Shown in pieces: positions 55,701 to 64,000 of a stretch of 64,000 bases of DNA (position 1 is its first letter; every line of letters begins with the position of its first letter). The notes under the pieces were generated by a model. The model saw nothing but the letters and a program-made list of their open reading frames with translations. It was not told the origin of the DNA and did not search any database. Location of the stretch: NCBI GenBank assembly GCA_028534125.1, contig CM052817.1, positions 2,046,001 through 2,110,000 of the forward strand, read 5' to 3'. The position numbers and the translations under genes were made by a program. The stretch is from Lama glama (Eukaryota).

Positions 55701-58700
55701 GTGTCCCCATTCACTCGGCCATGGGACTTCATTCAAGCTGGCGGGGCTCCGGCCCGGCGCAGGCCCCCACGGCCTCTCTCTGCCTGGCACCCTTGCAGCG
55801 GCAGTCCCCAGGTGCCCCGTCTGCCCGAGCCCCTGGGCTGGGATCTCAGCCGGGCCTTTCCTCTGTGGGTGGGAGCCCCTTGGCGGGACCTCAGCCCCGT
55901 AGCTGCGCGCCGTGGGCTCCAGCCCCCACCCAGGAAGAGGGGAGGGATGTGAGGTGGAGCAGGTGCCAGCACCCCTCTCACCACAGCCCCGGGTAAGGAA
56001 GCAGGGTCATGCAGCCACCCTCCTGCGATGTGCATCCCGCCAGCCACCCCCTCAAATGAATGCGGGGCCCTCCTGTGCACCCAGGACACCCTCCTTGGCC
56101 TCCTCCTGTGGCCCCTTTCTCCAGAAATTCCAGCTCCTGCTGCTGGCCAGGGAGACACAAGGTGGCTGATGGCCTGGGACCCGCAGACAGGACTCCTTTC
56201 CCACCTGGTTGCTGCTGCGCAGCCTGGGCCCCGGGCAGGGCCGGTGCCCGCAGGCCTGGGAGAGCTGGCGCCTGGCCCAAGCTGCCCGGACCACTCGTGT
56301 GCTGACCAGGGCCGGAAGAGGCTCACCACGGCGCTCCGGGGACACTCCCTCCAGCTTGGCGTGGGGGGGTGGGGGGTGCTCTCCTGCTTGCTCCAGCTTC
56401 TGCGGGCAGTCCCCATGCCGGCAGCCCCGAGGCCGCCCCGCAGGGGTCCCACCCCACCTGAGCTCTGGCCGGGCTGACACAGGTCTGTCCGCCGTCTGCA
56501 GGGGCTGGAGTCTTCTTCCTGTCCTCGGCTGAGGGAGAGCGGATCAGCTTCCTGTTTGACTGCATCGTCCGCGGCATCTCCCCGACCAAGGGTCCCTTTG
56601 GGCTGCGGCCGGTTCTCCCAGGTTCGTGAGGGAGCCTGGCTGGGTGGGGAGAGCCAGGTGGGCTGCCTTCCCTCTGCCCTGCCCCGCCCCCCGTGCACCC
56701 GGGAAACCCAGAGCATTGCTGACCTGGCTGCAGTGAGCGATCACACCACCAGGTTCCTGGGGGCACAGCTCCTCCTCCACGGGGTCTGAGGTGCGGGGAC
56801 ATTTGAGGGCCATGGCTGCTGGCGGGGACAGCTACATGGCAGCTGCACCAGGTGGATTAGCAAGAAGCCAGAGATGAGGATCCTGGAGACCTTCCGAGCG
56901 GGACCCAGTCTCCCCGACCTGAGGCCGCTGGGAAAGTGGGTCAAGACGGGCTCTGTCCGAGCTGGTGCTCAGGCTGGAAGCCACCTTGTGAGGTGGGGTC
57001 TCAGCACGTTGGGGTGGTGGGGGCAGGGGCTGCCCTGAGCTTGCCTGGTCTTCTCCCCCCACGTTCGGGGCTGTGGCCGGGCACCATTCTTCAAGTGTCC
57101 TGGGCCAGGGGTGGTGCTGGGCTACCTGGGCACTTTGTCCCACTAGGTGGCACCCAGGATCACTGTTAGTGCCCCCACCCAGTGAGGCAGCGCTTGTCCC
57201 CTTGTCCAGACGGGAGACTAAGGCCTGCAGCCGTGCAGCAGGTGGTCAGTGAGCTCACATCTGCAGGCTCCTTGCGTGGGCAGCGCAGCTGGGACAGGGG
57301 CAGGCAGCGTGCCAGCTCCTCCTCTCCCAGCCTTGGCACCTCAACCCTCCAACCCCATAAGCAGGCCCAGGGCGGACGGGATTAGGGGGAAGGAGACGGC
57401 TCCTGTGACCAGAGCCTTTCTGCCCCGGCTCTGCTGGGTGGTGTTGCAGCGCCCTCTGCTGGCACCTTCCTGAACCGCAGCCACAGGTGTGGTGTGGGTG
57501 GCGGGGCTCCTAAGGGGCCGATGTGGATGGGGAGGGTGTGGACAGCAAAGACATGGACGGGGCTGGTGGGGCTCTGCTCTCTCAGTCTGGCCGGTGTCAT
57601 GCTGACGCCTGTGATCATCGGGGACTCCTGAGATGTGGCCTTCACTTGGTCAGCAGCCTTAACACTCTGGGATTTTGGGGTGTCTTCTCGAGCTGACTGC
57701 TGGTTGGTCAGACCCAGGTGGACACTAAGGCCCAGAGGCAGGACTCACCTCACACAGAAAGAGGTGGGAAGGGAAGGCGAGAGGTTAGAGTTCCGGGGTC
57801 CACCCTGCCCTGAGCATCTCCCGTGCGTTCTCTTCTTGATCCCACCATGACTGGGACGTGCTGTCTCTGAACCCACATTTTGCAAATGTGGCTGCGTGGC
57901 TCAGGGAGGGAAAGTGGTGGAGCCGTGAGTCCATTCAGTGCCAGCGTCTTACTGCCTCACCAGCGCCAGAAGGGTGTGCCTGGTGTCCTGACCCTGGATG
58001 TCACCAGGGTTGGTCCCCACTGCAGGACATGTCCGGGCACAGGACATCACTGGTAGTCTGGGGGCTGTCCTTAGGCTCAGGACACAGGCTGGTGGCTGGG
58101 GGACCTGGATGGGGGTGGTTTGGGTACCCAGAGTTTGGTGTCCAGTGGCTGGGATGCAGGTGTGGGGAGGAGCTGGGGCTCCCTGGGGACCTGTGGCTCT
58201 GTCCTGGCGTCAGGGCTGGACCAGGGTCCACGCTGCCCGGACAGTGCTGGGGTCACCGTGACGTCCTGAGCAGCATGTGGGCTGTGGCCAGGATCCTGCG
58301 GGGAACGGGCTGGGGCTGCCTCCACTGCTGACTTTCTGCTCTGCCGCCGCAGACCTGAGCCCCGGGGGACCCGCCAACGTGGAGGAGCGAGTTGCTCAGG
58401 AGGCCCTGGAAACCCTGCAGCTGGAGAAGCGGCTCAGCCTGCTCTCCCACTCCGGCCGGCCAGGCAGCGGAGGTGGGCCATGGCCTGGGCTGTGGGGAAG
58501 GGGCAGTGGCCCTGGGGCCAGTGCTGGCAGGTTGGGTTTGAATTCTTTCCCAACCACAAGTGATGCAGCCTGGTGAGGCCGTGATTGCACCATCTGCACC
58601 GCCTCGGGTGCTGGGTGCTGGGAGCAGAGGGCCCTCAGCTGCTGCAGCTCTCGTGAGGGGAGCCAGCCACGGGCGGGAGGGGGTGCTGCCCTAGGTCTCC

Positions 58701-59851
58701 TGGGCAGAGTAGGGGAGCTCTGCCGGCCTTCTGTCCTCTGTGATTGCTGCCAGCCCCACGAGTACACAGTGGGGACAGCGGCACTCCAGTCTAGGCCCGC
58801 CCCTAGAGCAAGGCGCTCAGATGTGCACAGAGCCACCTCCTTCTTGGAGGAGAGGCTCACATCTTGTTCCAAGGTAGATGGCGGGGAGGCACGTGGACTC
58901 CAGAGAGAGCTGGAGAGGGCTGGTGTGGTTGAGGAATAGGCGTGGGGGGGGCCGTCCTGGGTGACACTGGGTGTGGAGTCCAGGGAGGGGTGAGTGAGCC
59001 AGCACAGGTGGTGGGTGTTGAGGGGTGTCAGCCCAGCTGAGGCCTCCAAGCTGCCCCGTCCCACCTGGGCCCCGCAGCAGCCTCAGCCCCGGCCCTCTGA
59101 CTGTCCTGCAGGGGATGACCGCAGCCTGTCTGGCTCGTCGTCGGAGGCCAGCCACTCGGATGTCAGCGCCAGCAGCCGGCTCGCAGCGTGGCCAGAGCCA
59201 TCCTCGTCCTCGGCCAGCACGTCGCAAGAGGGGCCGGGGTTGGCGGCTGCCCAGGCCCCCGGGGAGGCCGCAGTAGGCGCCTCGAGGCCGCCCCTCAAGC
59301 CGCTGCGGCCGCGGCAGCTGCAGGAGGTCGGCCGCCAGAGCTCCTCAGACAGTGGCATCGCCACGGGCAGCCACTCCTCCTACTCGGGCAGCTTCTCCTC
59401 CTGCGCAGGCAGCAGCCTGGACGTGTGGCACGCCGCCGATGAGTTCGGCTCCCTGTTCAGCCTGCCAGCGGCCGGGGCAGCCGAGCCCAGCCTGTGCGCC
59501 TGCCCGCCGGGGATGGCCGAGTACCAGGTGCCCACCGCCCTGCGGCCCCACTACGACACGCCCCGCAGCCTGCGCCAGGCCCCCAGGGACCAGACCCCAG
59601 CCTCGCCGGGCGGCCCTGACGATGGTACCGCTGGGGACTCGGGCGGCCAGATGTCAGCAGGGTGTCCCTCCAGCTGGCTGGGCGCGAGACGGCGGGGACA
59701 GGCGACAGATGCACCGGGCAGCGAGGCCGCACTGCCCAGCCCGGCCCCCAGCGAGCCCTGGGAAACGGGCGGCCCCCACACCGGGCCCCCTCTGTCTTTC
59801 TTTTCCACGTGTCCAGTCTGTGGAGGACTGAAGGTAAAGCCCCCTCCCTGA
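34705..59851 (+). CDS. DOK7: DOK7, docking protein 7 (MuSK activator), 7 exons, 1512 nt = 503 aa (PH-PTB-NES-C-terminal YxxP motifs)
   Basis: MTEAALVEGQVKLRDGKKWKSRWLVLRKPSPVADC...; exon sizes 54/46/231/201/120/120/740 with consistent phases; Crk-binding YQVP and YDTP present. Confidence 0.98.
34831..34876 (+). CDS. DOK7: DOK7 exon 2 (WKSRWLVLRKPSPVA)
   Basis: ccccgcag|TGG ... GCA G|gtgaga. Confidence 0.96.
40319..40446. repeat. Degenerate (TG)n/(TGCA) low-complexity tract, DOK7 intron 2
   Basis: Direct reading. Confidence 0.8.
41330..41670. mobile_element. MaLR LTR, MLT1B/C-like
   Basis: aattaccaccgactggggggcttcaagcaac...ctcacagtcctgggggctggaggtctgaa...tttagggcccac...acctgcaaagaccctttctccaaat. 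Confidence 0.8.
41940..42121 (+). mobile_element. MER58-like hAT-Charlie DNA transposon
   Basis: gttggcgaaac...ccaaatccagc...aataaagttttattagaacacagcc...ctttacagaaaggtttattgaccttg; left flank CTCTAGAC fits the Charlie target preference. Confidence 0.8.
43998..44228 (+). CDS. DOK7: DOK7 exon 3, PH domain
   Basis: DCLLMLAYRDKSERAKG...WDARIRYALGE; 231 nt. Confidence 0.97.
44711..45010. mobile_element. MER96B-like palindromic hAT MITE
   Basis: AT-rich inverted arms 44711-44798 and 44857-44945 (gatgaacaaa..tcaaatttaaa..aagacagg / cctggtctttatttaaacatttgat). Confidence 0.7.
46064..46264 (+). CDS. DOK7: DOK7 exon 4, PTB domain
   Basis: VHRFHVTVAPG...WKLSDLRRYGAVPNGFIFEGGTRCGY; 201 nt. Confidence 0.97.
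48908..49325. mobile_element. MaLR LTR, MLT1C-like
   Basis: ttagtgtcctgaggctgccgtagcgaattaccacaaactgg...ttccagctcctggtggcccc...atctacaaagaccctttccccaaataaggccaca. Confidence 0.85.
51552..51720. mobile_element. MIR SINE
   Basis: cccattttacaggtggggagactgaggcacagag core. Confidence 0.75.
52040..52090. mobile_element. MIR SINE fragment (opposite orientation to 51552-51720)
   Basis: cttctctgagcctcagtttccttacctg. Confidence 0.6.
53210..53930 (-). mobile_element. L1M (L1MB-like) LINE 3' end, antisense to DOK7
   Basis: tgtggtaaaatgcacataaca..atttaccatt; cagaattcccttcctttttaagactgaattatattccactgtgtggat..ccacat; tattgtgagtaatgctgc; cctagtgggtgtgaa. Confidence 0.88.
54400..54660. mobile_element. Old MaLR LTR (MLT1-type) fragment
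   Basis: gttatttactgctgggtaacagacaccccaaaact...gattctgtggatctgggg..tgggcagggctcag. Confidence 0.55.
56502..56621 (+). CDS. DOK7: DOK7 exon 5, end of PTB
   Basis: WAGVFFLSSAEGERISFLFDCIVRGISPTKGPFGLRPVLP; 120 nt. Confidence 0.96.
58353..58472 (+). CDS. DOK7: DOK7 exon 6, NES (LQLEKRLSLL)
   Basis: DLSPGGPANVEERVAQEALETLQLEKRLSLLSHSGRPGSG; 120 nt. Confidence 0.96.
59112..59851 (+). CDS. DOK7: DOK7 exon 7 CDS (GDDRSLS...EYQVP...HYDTP...CPVCGGLKVKPPP*)
   Basis: ctgcag|GG; ORF 58994..59851. Confidence 0.96.
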
Positions 59852-60746
59852 GGGCAGCCCGGCTGTGCTGCAGGGTGGGGTGGGGCCCTGGCAGGGCTGC
59901 CCTTCGTGCTGTTGGGTCAGCTGGGGGCTGTGCTCTGTGGGGCGGGCCTGGGGACCTGGGAGCCAAGCCTGCAGAGAGGGCCGTGGGACTTGAGGAGGTC
60001 CTGCTGGGACCCAGCTGCAAGTGCGTTCTGGAAGGCGGAGGCTCCGGCAGGGCAGGCTGGGGACAGCAGAGCCCCAGGGCCCGAGGAACAGATGCCCGAG
60101 CCAAGCAGGAACCCGAGGCTAACCTCCCTGCGCATCCGTTGTGTGTGTGACGAGTTTCACCTGCTTGCCCCGCGCCTCCTTCTGGAAGCAGCACCTCAGG
60201 TGGCCCGCCCTTTGGGGAGGAAACTGAGGCTCGGGTGGCCTAGGGACTTGTGGGGTCTGGGTCTCAGATCTCCGGGACCCCCATAGCTCCCCCACGCCTC
60301 CTCCTGAACCTGAGTGCTCCCTGGGTGAGGGGCCGGCAGGGTCCGGGTCAGCCTGCCAGGAGCTTGTGGGAAACTGCTGGCCGCCTGGCTGAGCTGAGGG
60401 CCAGTGGTCAGGACCAGAGGATGCCAGGGCTCGGGGGGTCCATTCGCGCTCTTGGGCCCTAGGCCCTGCCCGCGGGTCACCCCTGGGCGACGTGCTCCCC
60501 CCACGCCCTCCGCAGTCGGCCTGCTCACCTGCATGGATTGCGGCTGCGTGGTTTGCGCTGGCTCTGCCATCCCGGGCGCCCCGGGGAGGGCGAGGCCCGT
60601 GTCCCTCCGACCTAGGCTCGGCCGGCTTCGCCCGCACAGCTCGCCTGTCCGTGTTCCGCTTTGTACCTTCACTGTTGGCTGAAGACGTTTGTTGCTCTTT
60701 CACATTTTTAAATCTGACACAGTTTGTAATACATTCTTAGACTGGA

Positions 60747-60752
60747 AATAAA
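60747..60752 (+). terminator. DOK7 poly(A) signal (canonical isoform)
   Basis: AATAAA with upstream TGTA and downstream T-rich tract. Confidence 0.88.
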
Positions 60753-60987
60753 ATTGTTTTTTCTTATTGCCTTGTCCTTTTCCGTGGCCAGCTCTCTCCA
60801 CCTCCCGCCCTGGCTCTCCCCACGGGGCCTTTAACTGTCTCTGAAATCCAGGGGCCTGGCCTCCCTTGACCTGAGGGCCACAGAGAGCAGCGGGAGGCCT
60901 CACCTGTCTGACTGGCCGCAGGCCTGGACACGCCGGAGGAGGCACGAACAAGGAGGGCAGCCTCGGGCAGCCCCCGGGGCCCAGAGC

Positions 60988-61300
60988 ATGTGTGCGCATG
61001 TACGCACGTTTGTGTGCTGTGGCGGTCTGTGATGTGTGCATTCATCTGCATGTTTGTGTATTGTGTGCGAGGTGGGTGCACACAGGTGTGGCATGCAATG
61101 TGTGTGTGTGGGTGTGTGCATGCGTGTGCACGTGGCGTGTGTTGTGTGTGTGCATTTGCGTGTTTGCACAGCTGTGTGCCTGCGCCTGTGCGTGTTGTGT
61201 GCATGTACCACGTGCACGTGTGTGTTGCACGTGTGTTGTGACGTATGCTTGCATGCCTGTGCATGTGTGTGGTCTGGGTGATGTGTGCGTGCACATGTGT
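60988..61300. repeat. ~310-bp degenerate (TG)n/(TGCA) purine-pyrimidine alternating tract
   Basis: Direct reading. Confidence 0.9.
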
Positions 61301-61659
61301 GGCGTTCTCAGGGAGGTCCTCTGTGGTCCCTTGGGCTCCCTGTGTCCAGGTGAGGGTGGACACTCCACTTTCTGGGCCAGTGAGGGGCCTGGCTCTGAGC
61401 CTGGAGTGCCCCCAACTCCCAGGCTCCCCCAGGTGTGCGGTGGAGCTCCAGGGACCCGACTTCCGTCCCCTGGCACATCCTGGGGGGCAATGCCCCACCC
61501 TGCCACACCCATTTCACCCTTGTTCACCACCCTTTTGGGGAGGGGAGCCCTAGTCCCTGTGGATGCTGAGGATGGGGGTCTGGCTGGGCTCTGCAGTGAG
61601 GGGAGAGGCAGGCATCGGGGGGCTGAGCTGGCACCCTGCCTACTGGCTGGGTGGCCCCC

Positions 61660-61720
61660 ACAAGTCACTACTCCTGTCTGAGCCTCAGTTTCTTCTTCCA
61701 TAGATGGGCCAACAGCCCCT
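61660..61720. mobile_element. MIR SINE fragment
   Basis: caagtcacta..ctgtctgagcctcagtttcttcttccatagatggg. Confidence 0.65.
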
Positions 61721-63618
61721 AATTGCCTGGGCACCGAGGCCTCTAGATAATGTGTGTAGGTGCTCGGTGGGTGCTCAGTCCGACTGTCACCTCCCCAGAG
61801 AGACCCACCAGCCTGGCTGCAAAAGAAAGAGCAGGGCACTGCTGGTACCTCGGGGAAGGGGGTCACCCTGGAGGGCTGGGCTGCCCACTCCAGCCCGAGC
61901 CCTCGCCACCCAGGCCCAGGCCCGCTGCGCTCCCTGTGATGAGCACCCCCACCCCGTGTGAAGCAGGGAGGTCTGGAGCTGGGTGCTCTGCTGTCCTGTG
62001 CTCTGTGGGGCCTTCCTGGCTGTGAACACTGGTCTCCTTGACCGAGGCTGATGGCTGGGACTTCAGGGAAGGGCCATCTGGGGGGTGAGGCGGGAGGCGA
62101 TAACTGTGGGCCGCCCGGGGGGGATCTCAGCCCGAGGCTGGAGATGGCATGGCCAAGGGCCTGAGTGCTGGAGGCTGGGCTGATGGCATGGAGTCCCTGC
62201 CCAGCGTGGGGGGCCCTTCCTGGGAGGAGCCACTAGCCGTCTGCTAGTGCGGCGAGGAAGCCCTGCCAGCGCCAGCGGGTGCTCCGCATCTCCCCATGCA
62301 GCCCGGGGTGGCCGGGGAGCGGGTGGGGCCCCGGGGCCTCTCCTGTGGGGCTGGGCGGGCCCCAGGACAGACACCTGCAGACCGCTTTTGCCTTCATCCG
62401 CTCTCTTCCCTGTGCTCACTGTTGGGCCTTGCGCTCCTGGCTGGGAACAACCTGACAGGCTCCGGCTTCGTCCTGCTCCTGCACCCCGAGGGCAGCCAGC
62501 TTCGCTCCCCCTCCTCAGGACGGGGGCAGTGTGAGCGGGCTTTTCAGGTGCCTGGAGCTTCCTGCTGAGCGTCGGGGCTGGGGGTGACCAGAGAGTCCTC
62601 CCCGCCTCCCCGGGGCCATGTGCCTCCATCCGGTCCTGGTCCCCAGGGAGTGTGAACAGGAGGGTCTGCATTTGCTCATGACCCACGGCCCCTTGTTGCG
62701 TCCTTTGGGTTCAATGCTGCAGCTGCAGCTGCAGGACTGGCCCCTCAAACAGGTGGCATCTGTTGGAGGGCTCTGAGCAGTTAGTTGTGGGGGTTCCTCA
62801 AGGCAGTTGGCTCTTGTCCCAGGTTTCAGAGGTCAGATACACCCTCCCCAAGTCCCCAAGCCCGCCTGATCTCCTTTACACAGGAGGACGGATTTAGGCC
62901 AACCCGGGATGCCCAAGAGCGCAGCCGGCACCAGAGTCAGGGAGCCATGTCCGGAGTCTGGGCTGCACTGTTGCCCCCTGGAGATGGGGTCGGCTTGTGC
63001 ACCCCTATTCCAACCAGCAGAGCCCCTGAGGCCCACTGCCAGGCCGCCGTCCCGGGAAGCACTTTCCTGTCACGTGCCCCCGGCCCTGGTGGGACCCATC
63101 TTCTCACAGGTTTGGGGGGTGGAGGTCCAGGTGGCAGCGAATGTGCCCGCAGTGGGCCACCATGCCTTCCTCCTGATCTGCCAGCAGACCCGTCCCCCAG
63201 CTCTGAGGCCACCAAATCCCCGTCTTCCTCTGGACTCCTAGTCAAGCACCTCGAAGCAGCCACTCTGCAGCTCCCCCTGGTGGGGGTCACTCTGGGTGCC
63301 CTATTCAGAGCAGGGGGCAGGGCACAGGGCCGGAGTGATGTCACAGCCCTCGCACTTCTCGCGGCTGCAAGCCCACCGCACAGCCAGCGGCACGTGAAGC
63401 CCTGCGTGGCTGTGCGCCTGCAGCGCGGTTTACAAGAACAGGCCGGTCTGGGCTTGGCCTGGGGCCTGGGCCGCCGAAGCCCCACCCCAAACAGGGCCAC
63501 GCGTGTGTCGGGGCGGCCGGAACCCGGGCCGCTCTTGGGGCGCATCCGGGCTCTCGGGCTGGGTGCAGGGTGAGCAGGAGCAGGATGGACAGACTGACAC
63601 GGGTTCTCCTTGCTCTAG

Positions 63619-63661
63619 GGAGCCGCTGCCTCACCCCCTGGGCTCCCGGTGATGCATTCAG
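63619..63661 (+). CDS. DOK7: DOK7 alternative exon 8 of long C-terminal isoform (GAAASPPGLPVMHS-G)
   Basis: ttctccttgctctag|GGA ... TCA G|gtaggc; in phase with internal donor AAG|gtaaag at 59833/59834; resembles the human long-isoform peptide GAAASAPGPATAHSG (recalled). Confidence 0.8.
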
Positions 63662-63811
63662 GTAGGCCTCGTCTTTGGAACCAGCTCTCAAACAGCCACG
63701 GGTCAAGGGAGGTGGGTCAGAGTGGCTGCAGTCACAGCCCCACCAGAAAGTCTGTACCAGATACTCAGCAGTGGGGAGCGGGGTCAGTGGGAGGCGGCTG
63801 ATGCTGGGGAG

Positions 63812-63862
63812 GGGGTGACAGTGGACAGCGGGGTGACAGTGGGCAGCAGGGTGACGACAGTG
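63812..63862 (+). repeat. 18-bp tandem repeat GGGGTGACAGTGGRCAGC, ~2.7 copies
   Basis: Units at 63812-63829, 63830-63847, partial from 63848. Confidence 0.75.
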
Positions 63863-64000
63863 TGTAGCCGCGTGAACCCTGGCTGAGGCGGGGCGGGGCC
63901 AGGCAGCGAGTTGAGGACAGGGTGGCTAGGAGTGGCCAGCCTGCCTGGGACGGGTGTGTAGATGGAGTGGGTGGGGCCAGAAGCCTCAGCTTGTGAAAAA

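Noticed and set aside
60764-61866. Cys/Val- and His/Thr-rich ORFs resembling metal-binding proteins
   Set aside because: Direct translations of the (TG)n tract.
1-64000. tRNA, rRNA, snoRNA/miRNA genes, CRISPR arrays or intact retroelement ORFs
   Set aside because: None recognisable; small ncRNAs cannot be excluded without an Infernal/Rfam search.

Overview
GC-rich eutherian mammal genomic DNA (no Alu, B1/B2 or other young SINE recognised; species not determinable by eye), orthologous to the human 4p16.3 block RGS12-HGFAC-DOK7. All three genes are on the + strand. (1) The 3' half of RGS12 (1-~19990) covers the end of the RGS domain, tandem Ras-binding domains, the GoLoco motif and two alternative C-termini (read-through '[11 protein letters not shown]' or a distal exon ending in the PDZ ligand 'ATFV*'). 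One obligatory coding exon is missing and by phase logic lies in the 212-N gap at 9365-9576. (2) HGFAC is complete and intact: 14 exons, 21854-29904, 653 aa. (3) DOK7 is complete and intact: 7 exons, 34705-59851, 503 aa, plus a 43-nt exon at 63619-63661 that starts an alternative long C-terminus running off the window. Repeats are old MaLR/MLT1, LTR16-like, L1M, L2, MIR, MER58 and MER96B-like fragments. Exon boundaries were read by hand and all phases checked. The best leads are: a pair of candidate RGS12 cassette exons (44+16 nt) that keep frame only when included together; a composite templated insertion in the last RGS12 intron that creates a ~180-bp inverted repeat; an overlapping upstream ORF made by a 10-nt duplication of the DOK7 start; and a promoter-like CpG patch inside HGFAC intron 10. 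I see no evidence of a wholly new gene or system. These leads are hypotheses that need RNA-seq and alignment checks.
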